The notes under the pieces: generated by a model | The model's database searches: none | What the model saw: the letters and a program-made list of their open reading frames with translations, nothing else | Told to the model about the DNA's origin: nothing | In this document: one piece after another, positions 26,158 to 35,638 of the stretch | How positions within the stretch are numbered: position 1 is the first letter of the stretch | Layout: each line of letters starts with the position of its first letter | Translations under genes and position numbers: made by a program | Source: a virus | Taxonomy: Duplodnaviria; Caudoviricetes | Virus record (IMG/VR): IMGVR_UViG_3300032282_002415 | Coordinates: 625-64,624 of that record | Length of the DNA stretch: 64,000 nucleotides | Reading direction: 5' to 3' (one strand)

Positions 26158-26817
26158 CTTAGCAATGTCTGCGAGCTCTGAGTGCGAGTTCTCATAGATT
26201 GCCGAACGTGGGAATGGCTCTAATGTTGTAATAAGAGTTTCCACCTTGGCCTCATCAATGCCCCAATCTTCATTAAGGTCACGACCTTTAATTGAATTTA
26301 GGGAGTAAACAGTTTGCTGCATCTTTCCTGTGCGACTAATTGCCCAGTAGTTCTTGGTTAGAGGCCCCTGTGGTGAGAAGTGCGCAGCATGAAGTGTCTT
26401 ATACAGACGAGGTGTAGCAATAAGCATTTGTCGAACAGCAACATCGCCAGTAATAACAGCAACGGTAAACGCATGCTTGCTCTCTGGCTTGTGGCTAAGC
26501 GATACGCAAAGTGGGCAACCATTTCCTAAGCAAACGTATGAACGCTTGCCCTCAGTCTTTTGCTGTAGGAAGTGCTGCTTATAAATTGCAAATGGACCAT
26601 CTTGGTCTAGGAACTTAATAACTTGGAATTCTTCGCCCAACTTTAATTCAGTTGGAAATTCCTTTGACTTCATAGTCATTTCATCGCCAGCTCCCCAACC
26701 TGATTTAACAGCGGTTGAGTCAGCGGCTAGTGGTCGTGCATCTACATCAGTAGTGTTTTCAATTGAGAACTCGTCAACTGCTGGTACGAATTCATCGGTT
26801 GTATTCTGTATTGCCAT
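26146..26817 (-). CDS. single-stranded DNA-binding protein (gp32-like)
   Basis: KFLD..P...QHF, C...CPLC, SRTG; adjacent to polA. Confidence 0.7.
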   Translation of the reverse strand: MAIQNTTDEFVPAVDEFSIENTTDVDARPLAADSTAVKSGWGAGDEMTMKSKEFPTELKLGEEFQVIKFLDQDGPFAIYKQHFLQQKTEGKRSYVCLGNGCPLCVSLSHKPESKHAFTVAVITGDVAVRQMLIATPRLYKTLHAAHFSPQGPLTKNYWAISRTGKMQQTVYSLNSIKGRDLNEDWGIDEAKVETLITTLEPFPRSAIYENSHSELADIAKDLA

Positions 26818-26820
26818 TTT

Positions 26821-27303
26821 TTATTCTCCTTGAGTTTCTTGGTTTTTAGTTTCTTCTGCGAGGATGTTAATCCAAGCCTCAGATATCTCTTTTACGAGCT
26901 TCTGGTGTGTAGACCATTCTATACGCTTTACATTTAGAAGTCCAGCCTTGTTAAACAGTTCTACAGCCACCTCAATCATGGCTCGGCTATAAAGACGTCG
27001 GCCTTTATGGTCTTCCCCATTTTTGTCCTTCTTAGTAGGCAAACGATAGGGAGACGGTGGCAGGTACCCTGCCTCATTCCATTTCCTGATAGAAACGAAA
27101 GGACGCCCTAACGCGTTAGCGAGTGCCCCAGCCGTAAACATCTCAATCTCTTTACCGTTAGGTAAGGTCTTAAAATATGGACGGGAATCCCAATCTTCTT
27201 TTGGTTGAATTTCGGGAGCTTTTGGTTCACGACGCTTTCTCTTACTTCCTGGATAAAACACATCCAAGTCAGCAAAAGAACTCTCAATAAAATCATCAGT
27301 CAT
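26821..27303 (-). CDS. MerR-like HTH DNA-binding protein
   Basis: FTAGALANALGR...SIRKW...GYLP...RRLYS. Confidence 0.7.
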   Translation of the reverse strand: MTDDFIESSFADLDVFYPGSKRKRREPKAPEIQPKEDWDSRPYFKTLPNGKEIEMFTAGALANALGRPFVSIRKWNEAGYLPPSPYRLPTKKDKNGEDHKGRRLYSRAMIEVAVELFNKAGLLNVKRIEWSTHQKLVKEISEAWINILAEETKNQETQGE

Positions 27304-27700
27304 TTATGGGCTTCACCAAAAATGCGTATGAGATTTTTTCTGGGAACATAGAATCAATTTCTGCTTCAGTTAACTGGTCTTTATAAAAAGCCGCCATAAT
27401 TGCATCTTGGTCAATCTGTCGCACCATAACAGTACACTCGTCAACAAGTTCTTTTTCTTCAAGGATACTCATTGCGGTTTCCATATCTAATGGTTTAGAT
27501 ACTTTTCGTTGTTTAATAAGTGTTGCGCCATCTGCGTCAAAAACAATATGACCTTTACCGTCTACTTCTCCGTAAGATTCAACAGCTTCAGTTAAACGCT
27601 TTTTTAATTCTGTTTGTCGTTCTACTAATAAATCAATCTGGCCTTTTAAACCAAGATATTGTTGTACTGTGTTATTAATGTCTACGGTAGACATACCCAC
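27296..27700 (-). CDS. hypothetical coiled-coil protein
   Basis: ORF track, AAGGGG SD. Confidence 0.65.
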   Translation of the reverse strand: MGMSTVDINNTVQQYLGLKGQIDLLVERQTELKKRLTEAVESYGEVDGKGHIVFDADGATLIKQRKVSKPLDMETAMSILEEKELVDECTVMVRQIDQDAIMAAFYKDQLTEAEIDSMFPEKISYAFLVKPIND

Positions 27701-27719
27701 CCCCTTAGTGTTGAGGGCA

Positions 27720-27748
27720 ACGTTAGTCGGCTAAATAGTCCTTGTCAA
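27720..27748 (-). promoter_or_regulatory. sigma70/SigA-type promoter
   Basis: TTGACA-17 nt-TAACGT upstream of the ssb/polA block. Confidence 0.65.
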
Positions 27749-27881
27749 CATAACGCTCTAAGCCAGAAATAATTATGCTGGTAACGGTCACGCCTTCGGA
27801 AGCCGCTTTCTTTTGCACGGATTTCCACAGCGTATCTGACACACGAATAGTGCGTGTAGGCGTTTTAGGTGCGTTAGGCAT
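27723..27881 (-). CDS. ribbon-helix-helix DNA-binding protein (52 aa, not in the ORF track)
   Basis: MPNAPKTPTRTIRVSDTLWKSVQKKAASEGVTVTSII; leaderless TAAAAT-N6-ATG. Confidence 0.8.
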   Translation of the reverse strand: MPNAPKTPTRTIRVSDTLWKSVQKKAASEGVTVTSIIISGLERYVDKDYLAD

Positions 27882-27910
27882 TAGATAATTTTACCAGATT
27901 TTAAAAGTTA

Positions 27911-27983
27911 ATGGCTTAAAAGCCTGACGGATACAGCAAATAAGTACTTATTGTTCCCCATTTACTACAGGCTTTTAAGCCAT
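27911..27983. repeat. 16-bp perfect inverted repeat with an internal palindrome
   Basis: atggcttaaaagcctg...caggcttttaagccat enclosing aataagtacttatt. Confidence 0.8.
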
Positions 27984-27984
27984 A

Positions 27985-29574
27985 TTAAACTGAGGATAGA
28001 GTCAAAAACTGTTTAAGTCCTCCCACGTTAAGAGGAACTCCGCCCTTGTCGTCTATACCTTCACCATCCATAATAGCATTTGCTATTGAAGATTTTTGTT
28101 GTAAGGCATCATGTTGTCGCTGTTCTATAGAGCCATTTATTAATAAATCTTGAATAACAATAGTTTTCCAAGTAGATGAGGCGCGTTTTATTCGCCCGTT
28201 TCTTTGAGTTGCTGCTCCTGATGACCACGGCAAGTCGTAGTTAATAAGTAGGTTAGCTGCTGGTAAATCAACACCATACCCGCCAGCATCGGAAGACACC
28301 AAAACACGAATATCAGGCTCATTGTTAAAAGCAATTTTGTTCTCCTCCTTGGTTTTAGCGTCCATCTGTCCAGAGTAAAGTCGACATTTATCAACGCCAA
28401 TTTCTTCAGATATTTTAGTCAACATGTCGACATAGCCAGCAAAGATAACTACCTTGTTGTTGCTGTCTTGGTCTAAAAAGTCTTTTACATACTCTGTAAG
28501 TAAATCTAATTTGTTAGATGAAGTAACGCCATCTAAATCACCAGAGTCTAAAAGCTCAGCGGCATAAGCAGACCCGTGACCTTTATCCTGTCCAAACTTG
28601 TGTGCGCTAGTACGCAACAAGTCAGGATGCGAGCACAGCATTTTTAAACATCCAATCTTAGACATAATCTTTCCGCGCATCTCATCTTCACCATTATTGC
28701 GAGAGTTGTCGTACCCATAGTGAGACAAAATGTTAAACGAACTACCAAAAAGAGTTTGAGCTTCATCTAAATCTCGGCATAAATCATCTTGAATTTTTGA
28801 ATATAGCTTTGCTGATTTTCTATCAAAGGTTACAAATATTGGGTCTTTATGAATAGCGTCAGGAAGATACGGAGCTACATCAGCATCTTTTTGTGCTTTA
28901 CGGACACACGCTTCTTTTAACTTATCGTGTAGTACGGGTAAGTTTTTGTATCGTTCTACTCCACCCCAAGTGTTTCTAACAATAAATGTGGCGTCAAATT
29001 TATCAAATTTTCTAAGTACCGTGTCATCTACAAACTGCATAATGCTAAATAGTTCTTCAGGCTTACCATTTTCAATTGGGGTACCAGTTAAAGCAAATTT
29101 AAAGGGGGCATCAGCAAGGCGTTTAGTGTATTTAGCTCTCTTTGACCTAAAAGATTTTATTGCTGTGGCTTCGTCAAGAACTACAAATCCTCTTGGGAGT
29201 TTTTTGACAAACTCCCAGTCGTTAACAACTTGCTCATAGTTAAGAATGATGTAGTCCACTTTGGTGTTGCGCCAGTCCTGTGCTTTAGCGTATTGCTCTG
29301 CTCTTTTCTTTGGCGTTCCATCAATGACCAAAGCGTTTGAAGTACCATTAGTAAATTTCTCAATCTGGTTAGACCATTGATATTTTAGACTGCTAAGACA
29401 TATTACCAATCCTGGTTCTTTAATATCGCCTGAATCCATAAGTCTTTCAACAGCGGCAATAGTCAGAACAGTTTTGCCAAGCCCTAAGTCATAGGCTACC
29501 AACATCTTTTGGCGTTCGCACATGCGCTCTACCGCCTCTGGTTGGTAGGGCAAAAGAGTTCCTGTAAAGGTCAT
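27985..29574 (-). CDS. SNF2-family (SF2) helicase/ATPase
   Basis: DLGLGKT, LDEA, LTGTPIEN, AGGYGVDL and QRNGRI.R. Confidence 0.9.
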   Translation of the reverse strand: MTFTGTLLPYQPEAVERMCERQKMLVAYDLGLGKTVLTIAAVERLMDSGDIKEPGLVICLSSLKYQWSNQIEKFTNGTSNALVIDGTPKKRAEQYAKAQDWRNTKVDYIILNYEQVVNDWEFVKKLPRGFVVLDEATAIKSFRSKRAKYTKRLADAPFKFALTGTPIENGKPEELFSIMQFVDDTVLRKFDKFDATFIVRNTWGGVERYKNLPVLHDKLKEACVRKAQKDADVAPYLPDAIHKDPIFVTFDRKSAKLYSKIQDDLCRDLDEAQTLFGSSFNILSHYGYDNSRNNGEDEMRGKIMSKIGCLKMLCSHPDLLRTSAHKFGQDKGHGSAYAAELLDSGDLDGVTSSNKLDLLTEYVKDFLDQDSNNKVVIFAGYVDMLTKISEEIGVDKCRLYSGQMDAKTKEENKIAFNNEPDIRVLVSSDAGGYGVDLPAANLLINYDLPWSSGAATQRNGRIKRASSTWKTIVIQDLLINGSIEQRQHDALQQKSSIANAIMDGEGIDDKGGVPLNVGGLKQFLTLSSV

Positions 29575-30107
29575 GCAAACTGTCTCATTCTTGTTTTTAA
29601 CAAAGCCATAAGGTCTTCAACAGTGCCATTATTAATAAAGATTTGGTCTACTGGGTAGTCATCCATAGCTGTTTCGGATATATGCTCATTAACAGCATCA
29701 ATTCCCAGTCTTTTAATACGCCAAACTTGTCCACCTAAACTTTTAATAGCCTCTGCTTCATTAGGAAACCGAACATCGGTGATAACAACTTTGTCGCCGT
29801 TTTTTACTCCAGCCAAACCTTGTGTAACCCAAAACTGGTCGTTAAACAAAGTGCGAGCACCTACTCCTAAATTTTGAAGCAGGGCTCTGACTTCTGGAAA
29901 CTTAACCTTTGCTTCATCCCAACCATAAGTATCAACAGCTTCTTTAACTCTGCAATCGTCTCTTACTTGCGGATTCATTTCATATAGAAGATTACGAATT
30001 GGATTTGCAAAAGCGCGATTTTGATACCCGTAAAGGCCTATTAACATTCCAGCCAAAGTATCTTTACCGCTTCTGGCGTATCCAGATAATCCGATAATCA
30101 TTACCAC
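29571..30107 (-). CDS. deoxynucleoside monophosphate kinase
   Basis: GLSGYARSGKDT, TDVRFPNE and HISE. Confidence 0.88.
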   Translation of the reverse strand: MVMIIGLSGYARSGKDTLAGMLIGLYGYQNRAFANPIRNLLYEMNPQVRDDCRVKEAVDTYGWDEAKVKFPEVRALLQNLGVGARTLFNDQFWVTQGLAGVKNGDKVVITDVRFPNEAEAIKSLGGQVWRIKRLGIDAVNEHISETAMDDYPVDQIFINNGTVEDLMALLKTRMRQFA

Positions 30108-30241
30108 TCCACCGCAAAATAAAATGGGCCTAAGTCCATAGTCATAGAGTACTTATCTATAGAAAACCCAAGGCCAAAACGAAGTGCCCATCCAACAACA
30201 AATGTTAATTTGTGCTCTATGTGAAAACTTTTACTTGTCAT
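30101..30241 (-). CDS. small hydrophobic protein (46 aa, not in the ORF track)
   Basis: ATGA overlap, MTSKSFH...DLGPFYFAVEW*. Confidence 0.55.
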   Translation of the reverse strand: MTSKSFHIEHKLTFVVGWALRFGLGFSIDKYSMTMDLGPFYFAVEW

Positions 30242-31158
30242 ATCTTTCCCCTTATCAAATGGTTGGCGTTCTCAAGCCCATAGATTATCTCAGCTTTACT
30301 CATACCGCCAACATCTTTCATGTCTGTACTAGAATAATCAAAGAACCAACAGTCCATACGCATTTCTTTAGCGTATGCCATTAGAGCCTTTGAAGATACG
30401 CGCCCAGCTTCATCATTATCCATAGCAAAAATAACCTTGTCGGCAGACCGTATTAGTTTTAATTGTGAATTAGATACCGCAGAGCCGTAAGTGCTTACGC
30501 CACCTAAAATGCCAACTGAGGCTAACCTTGCTACATCTAGCGGAGACTCAACAACAATCATTTCATCCGCACTATTTTGCGTATAACCAAAGAGAGCAGT
30601 GCTTTTGTTCACCCCTACTGGATAGTTACGGAAGTACCTGCCCTTGTAACCTTTTTCTTGCCAGCCAAGTAAATGATTTGTATACGGGTCTCTAATTACG
30701 GTAATCCAATTCTCATGCTGGGCATCCCATAAAATTTCATAATAATCTGCAGCAATTTCAGTAATCCCTCTAGAAGCCAGCGCTTCTTTAGGTGGGGCAA
30801 CAAAAGCGCTAAGCATAGATTCCGTAATTGGATTGGATTCACTATTTATGGGAGTTGGCGTAATCAAACGCTCGTATGCCCTGCTTAAGTTGCGCTCACC
30901 TGTATTAAGCCAAACTTTAGCCTCATCAAACCCCACACCTTGGCAGTACTCAACTAAGTACTGAAGGCTGCCTCTAAATTTACAAGAGAAACAGTTGTGC
31001 GCCCCAGTATCTGCGTTAATAGACCACGAAGGGTTGTTGTCTATCTTTCCAGTTCTACTAAGGTGAGCTGGACAGTGTGCTTTAATTTCATCGCCAGTAA
31101 CGCTAATAATTTCTATACCTAAGCGGTCTAAAACATTTTCCATCTCTTCAATAGTCAT
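30238..31158 (-). CDS. DNA primase (CHC2 zinc finger + TOPRIM)
   Basis: CPAH...CFSC, VVESPLD and MDNDEAG. Confidence 0.9.
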   Translation of the reverse strand: MTIEEMENVLDRLGIEIISVTGDEIKAHCPAHLSRTGKIDNNPSWSINADTGAHNCFSCKFRGSLQYLVEYCQGVGFDEAKVWLNTGERNLSRAYERLITPTPINSESNPITESMLSAFVAPPKEALASRGITEIAADYYEILWDAQHENWITVIRDPYTNHLLGWQEKGYKGRYFRNYPVGVNKSTALFGYTQNSADEMIVVESPLDVARLASVGILGGVSTYGSAVSNSQLKLIRSADKVIFAMDNDEAGRVSSKALMAYAKEMRMDCWFFDYSSTDMKDVGGMSKAEIIYGLENANHLIRGKI

Positions 31159-32384
31159 TAGTAGTCCGTCGCCTCAATCTCTCTAAATTGCCCTGTGTTC
31201 CAATCCCAAAGTAACGATACTTCTGCTGGCCCAGAATTTCGACTAGCAATAATTTTTAACAAGCGAGTGTCATCAACGTTCTCATCTTCACGTTGAAGGC
31301 CAAAAATAACATCCGCATCTTGATGAAATGAGGATGAGTAACCAATAGCGTCTGCGGTTACTTGACCGTTGCGCATCTTGTTATTTAATACCTGGGTAGA
31401 GATAACAATTGGCTTGTTTACTCGTTGAGCTAATCGCTTTAAAGAACGAGTGATGTTAGTCAAAGCCTGTGGAGTGTTAGCTTCACCAGTCTGCTCATCA
31501 ATCATTAAATAAGTACCGTCAATAAAAACAATGTCGGGCTGTAGCGTTTGAATCTTGCTGGCTATACCTGAAACAGTTGAGCCCTGTGCTGAATCAATCA
31601 ACCAAAAGTTCTCTCGCATGCGTTCTATGCCTTGAAGAATTCTTTTGTACCGCGCTTCTTCTTCTGTAGTTAATGAACCAGTCTGTAAACGAGTATGCGA
31701 AACTCTAGCTCGCATAGCATCGTAACGGGACAGCTGCTCGCTGTTGCTCATCTCAAATGATTGGAACATTGGAACTTTGCCAGACATATGTACATTCTGA
31801 GCAATCTGTAAAGCCAGTGTTGACTTACCAGTCTTTGGTGGAGCAACAATTACAACTAACTGACCGTTTTGTAATCCGCCAGTAGCAGCATCCATAGTAG
31901 GAAATCCTGTAGGAACTCCAAGTAACCCTGGATTATCTTTGCGCCATAAATAATCATCCCAACGTTTTAACGGGTCATCTTTAACGTTTACATCGCTGGT
32001 CTTACTAAGGCCATCTTCATCTAACTTTACAATTCCGCGTTGTAATGAAAGCAACGCACCTTCGTGGTCTTGCTGTTTTTCAATAAGTTCAATTGCGTCA
32101 CCAATCATGGCTACAGCGGATGAACGCCTACGACCTGCTACTAACGAATCTAAAATGTACTCAATGTTGTCGGTTGAGTCAGCAAGTTTGTATGAGGGGA
32201 AATTTTCTTTAACTACTTCAACACTTGGGCACTCGCCGTACTTTGTAAAGTGAGTGTGAAGCAAGCTCCATACTTTGCGGTCTTCATTATCTGGAAACCA
32301 ACTGTCGTTTACTTTGCGGTTAAATAACGGAGTTAAGTCACGGTCAGATATGGCTTTACTTATAAGCAGCGTTTCTTTATTCAT
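31158..32384 (-). CDS. dnaB: DnaB-like replicative helicase
   Basis: PTGF, APPKTGKS, SFEMS, VFIDG and QDAD. Confidence 0.9.
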   Translation of the reverse strand: MNKETLLISKAISDRDLTPLFNRKVNDSWFPDNEDRKVWSLLHTHFTKYGECPSVEVVKENFPSYKLADSTDNIEYILDSLVAGRRRSSAVAMIGDAIELIEKQQDHEGALLSLQRGIVKLDEDGLSKTSDVNVKDDPLKRWDDYLWRKDNPGLLGVPTGFPTMDAATGGLQNGQLVVIVAPPKTGKSTLALQIAQNVHMSGKVPMFQSFEMSNSEQLSRYDAMRARVSHTRLQTGSLTTEEEARYKRILQGIERMRENFWLIDSAQGSTVSGIASKIQTLQPDIVFIDGTYLMIDEQTGEANTPQALTNITRSLKRLAQRVNKPIVISTQVLNNKMRNGQVTADAIGYSSSFHQDADVIFGLQREDENVDDTRLLKIIASRNSGPAEVSLLWDWNTGQFREIEATDY

Positions 32385-32788
32385 AACTGTTTAAAGTCCA
32401 ATCCCCAGTGTCCGTAACGTAGCAATCTAGTCGGTAAATCTAACACGCCAACCACCTCTGGTCTATACGGCAACTCGTTAATCAAATGCTCTATAGATTC
32501 GTAAGCGGTAAAGTATCTGAAAGGGTTAGTACCCATGTGGTCTAAGTTATCTATAACTATACTTAGTTCTTCTTCGTTCATAGTAAACGAAGCTAATTCC
32601 ATAGTGTAACCAACTCTTTGCGCAAATAAGTACAGTCTGCTTAACAAAGAACGATTTAACTTGGCGTCTTTTTTTACTACTGGAAGTATCTTTAACTTCT
32701 TTTTAATAGAAATTTCGTAGTCAATAAACGTGTCGGCAATTACAACAACTCTCTTTGGTAACTCATTGCTTATATCCCCTTTTCGCAT
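32381..32788 (-). CDS. hypothetical protein
   Basis: ORF track, within the replication operon. Confidence 0.65.
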   Translation of the reverse strand: MRKGDISNELPKRVVVIADTFIDYEISIKKKLKILPVVKKDAKLNRSLLSRLYLFAQRVGYTMELASFTMNEEELSIVIDNLDHMGTNPFRYFTAYESIEHLINELPYRPEVVGVLDLPTRLLRYGHWGLDFKQL

Positions 32789-32791
32789 TTG

Positions 32792-33106
32792 CTACACGAC
32801 CTCTATTTTTCCAAACTTCAGTACGAAGTCTCTAAAGTCTTTATTAGACTGTCTAGCCTTTGTAGCATCTTCAAGAGTTGCCTTGTAAGTAATTTCTAAT
32901 GGGTAAACGCCATCGTTAGTTTCAATCCTAGCGCTAACAAACTTAACGTGTTTACAAGAACCACGTCCGCGATAACCAGGACAAGTACAAACTAAAGTGT
33001 TGTCATTTGTTTGGCTGACTTCATAGACACTGGGCCCAGGAACAGAACCCTGAGTCAAGAAAACTTGAATCAGCTTTAACTGGTCATCCATTACTTCCTC
33101 CATCAT
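32792..33106 (-). CDS. SWIM zinc-finger protein
   Basis: CTC...CKH. Confidence 0.75.
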   Translation of the reverse strand: MMEEVMDDQLKLIQVFLTQGSVPGPSVYEVSQTNDNTLVCTCPGYRGRGSCKHVKFVSARIETNDGVYPLEITYKATLEDATKARQSNKDFRDFVLKFGKIEVV

Positions 33107-33786
33107 CGCAAATCTCTACCGTCATCAATTGGGGAGTAAACAAACGCTTCTTTGGCAAAGCTTCCAGTTGCGTCGCCATAAGTAGCAGCCCAATTATCTC
33201 TAGAGATATTAGTTGTGACAATAGTAGGCAACCCATTGTTAAACCGTGTGCGTAAAACATGATGAAGCATGTTTTTTTGCCAACCAGACAAACTTGAGTG
33301 CTCTTTACCCACGTCATCAATAATCAACACTCGGATGTTGTAAGCATCATCTGGGCACTCACCCAGCATCCCTGCGTAAAGAATTTCTTCGGCTTCACTG
33401 GGGTTATCCATTAAGGCGCCCTTTAAATCCAATACCTTGTTAAAAGTGGCAAAATAACAGGGGCGGATAAGAACCTTGCCCTCTGAAGGGGCAAATGCCT
33501 CTAGTGGGAACTCCAACATCATCTCTTGAATAGCGGCTAGGGCAAGGGTAGTTTTACCCCTTCCTGGCTGTCCGTACAAAAGGATTCCACGCCCACAATG
33601 AGGACTGCCAGCCTTAAGGATAATCTTTCCATCCAAGGCGCCCTTAATCCACCGCCTAATGTCATCCAGTGCCTCTACAGGGGCATCTGTACAGTCAGCT
33701 AAGACCCAACCAAGACGAGCTTTGGGAATAGCGGCTGCCTGAACCCACGCACGGCGCCTAATCTTCAAATCTGATAGTTGAAACAT
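33103..33786 (-). CDS. DnaC/IstB-like AAA+ helicase loader
   Basis: GQPGRGKT, LIIDDVGKE and PTIVTTN; TAATG-coupled start. Confidence 0.85.
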   Translation of the reverse strand: MFQLSDLKIRRRAWVQAAAIPKARLGWVLADCTDAPVEALDDIRRWIKGALDGKIILKAGSPHCGRGILLYGQPGRGKTTLALAAIQEMMLEFPLEAFAPSEGKVLIRPCYFATFNKVLDLKGALMDNPSEAEEILYAGMLGECPDDAYNIRVLIIDDVGKEHSSLSGWQKNMLHHVLRTRFNNGLPTIVTTNISRDNWAATYGDATGSFAKEAFVYSPIDDGRDLR

Positions 33787-34619
33787 TACAACCCCTTCCA
33801 AGAATCCTTGGCCTGTACCTTAGCCGTGGCTATTTCCTCGGGCGTAGTCAACCGAACCTTGGCTTGAGACGCAAGTTCTGAGTATCGGCTAATAAAAATT
33901 TTCCATAGGGCATCCGCATCGCTGTACTTGGTAAAGTCCATTGAGGAAAAAAACAGGTTTAACATCTCAAGTTCAATAGCGCCATCGGTCTCAAACTTTT
34001 TGCGGTTTTGACCTAAAGCCTGAGTAAACCTAGTACGGGTAACTTTCCAAGGCTTGATATGCCACAGAGAATGAAGGCGGTTAGCAAACTCAAAACTAAC
34101 ATCTGTGACAGTCCAATCTTTTGGGGCCCGATTTTTACGCTCGGTAAAACGCTTTTGCTGGTCAGCGGTTTTTAGAGACTCGTACTCCGCATTTTTTTCA
34201 GCCTGTGCTTTGGCGCGAGCTTGGCGCACTTCGTCATCTTCGCTTGAGGTCTTATCAAAGAATTCGTATCCCATTTCAAAACCTTCCTCACGAATGAAAT
34301 TCGTGGATTCGTAATACTTCTTACTTGAATTAGCATATTGGGTTATATAGCTATTCTGTTGTAACAGGAGTGCTGTTTGGGGACTCCCGAGAAGGGACTC
34401 CCGAAACCCCTTTTCGGTAACATAAGAAACCGTAACCCAAGAGCTTCCTAGGCGTTCTTTGCGGGTAACAATGTACCCAGCATCTCGTAGTTCTCGAAGG
34501 GCAGGCAAGATTGCTTTGCGACCTTCTTTAAATCTACGGGCAAGTTCTTCGGCGCTAATAGTTGCGTCGCTGTTCACTAGATAAACCAGTGCTCCCCATG
34601 CTCTGAGGGATAGTGTCAC
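33786..34619 (-). CDS. putative replication initiator with N-terminal winged HTH
   Basis: LS.RA.G.L..L...EELA...ALRELRDAGYI; directly upstream of the DnaC-like gene. Confidence 0.7.
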   Translation of the reverse strand: MTLSLRAWGALVYLVNSDATISAEELARRFKEGRKAILPALRELRDAGYIVTRKERLGSSWVTVSYVTEKGFRESLLGSPQTALLLQQNSYITQYANSSKKYYESTNFIREEGFEMGYEFFDKTSSEDDEVRQARAKAQAEKNAEYESLKTADQQKRFTERKNRAPKDWTVTDVSFEFANRLHSLWHIKPWKVTRTRFTQALGQNRKKFETDGAIELEMLNLFFSSMDFTKYSDADALWKIFISRYSELASQAKVRLTTPEEIATAKVQAKDSWKGL

Positions 34620-35299
34620 TTATCTTCCTTTAGCGCAATTTTTTCTTTCAACTGTTCATAAACTGATTCGGCAATAATTTTAGATATCTCATAAATTGCG
34701 GCATACAAGACATCCTCGGTTTCCTCTAACGCTTCCTCATCATCTAGCTCTTCTTCATCCTCATCTTCGTACTCTTCTTCATCTTCCTCTGGTTCTACGG
34801 CCTTTAAAGTATCTTCTGAAGTAGTTGTTTCAATCTCTGGCATAACTGGCATTACAGGCTTTCCCACAGCTTCTAGTGGGGTATCTAAAGCAAGTAGTCC
34901 ATCAGTTAAATCAAAGCAAGCAACGCTGTCTTGTTTTAACCAACCAATTGTTTGAAGTAAAGACTCATCTTCATCATTCCATAAAAGAAATGCTGAAGAA
35001 TTTTTACCGCTAATTAAAGTAATAGCGTTAGCAACAGGGTCGGCTGTCCTAGTAACTGTAGCCGTGTTAGTGATGGCGTTTGTTTCTGCGCCTTCATAGC
35101 AGAAAATAACAATTGCTTTGTTTTTATCTTTTGCAAACTGGGCTGCATAAATTTGTCCTTGGCTTGGCTTATTTTCAAACGGCAATACCAAAGTTCCATT
35201 AGCACCGTGTGCATAGTAGTGGTCGTCCATTAGAGCCTCTACATTTGCTCTACTGGTCTCTCCGCTACCCGCGACCAAAACAAAATATGGGTCGGTCAT
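34616..35299 (-). CDS. hypothetical protein with a Rossmann-like N-terminus and an acidic tract
   Basis: AGGAGG SD, poly-E/D stretch. Confidence 0.65.
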   Translation of the reverse strand: MTDPYFVLVAGSGETSRANVEALMDDHYYAHGANGTLVLPFENKPSQGQIYAAQFAKDKNKAIVIFCYEGAETNAITNTATVTRTADPVANAITLISGKNSSAFLLWNDEDESLLQTIGWLKQDSVACFDLTDGLLALDTPLEAVGKPVMPVMPEIETTTSEDTLKAVEPEEDEEEYEDEDEEELDDEEALEETEDVLYAAIYEISKIIAESVYEQLKEKIALKEDK

Positions 35300-35338
35300 A
35301 GTTCCTCCTTATAGATGGAGGGTCATCTTATACAGACT

Positions 35339-35623
35339 TTACCGTTCTGTGCCAATTGCACGAATTACGGCGGGTTGATAGGTATTTAATCGTTCTGCAA
35401 TTATTACCAAAAGAGAAGCCAAAAAAGCAGCACTAACGCTGTGAATAATAAAATCTTTCACCCCCAATACATTTGCTAAAGCAGTTCCAGAAGCGGAAAT
35501 ACCCAGACAAGTAATAGCACGAATTGCTCGTAGGTCAATAATAGCCTCAAACATAGAATAGATTTGATTTACCACCGCAAATAAAAACGCGGTGTAACAA
35601 GAGATAAGAACTAAGGTCAACAT
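35339..35623 (-). CDS. small membrane protein (holin candidate)
   Basis: 2-3 hydrophobic segments; TACGAT-N6-ATG. Confidence 0.5.
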   Translation of the reverse strand: MLTLVLISCYTAFLFAVVNQIYSMFEAIIDLRAIRAITCLGISASGTALANVLGVKDFIIHSVSAAFLASLLVIIAERLNTYQPAVIRAIGTER

Positions 35624-35638
35624 GACCATATCGTACTA

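Noticed and set aside
6793-32384. Inteins, introns or homing endonucleases in RNR, RecA, PolA and the helicases
   Set aside because: Protein lengths are normal and no intein termini or HNH/LAGLIDADG motifs were seen.
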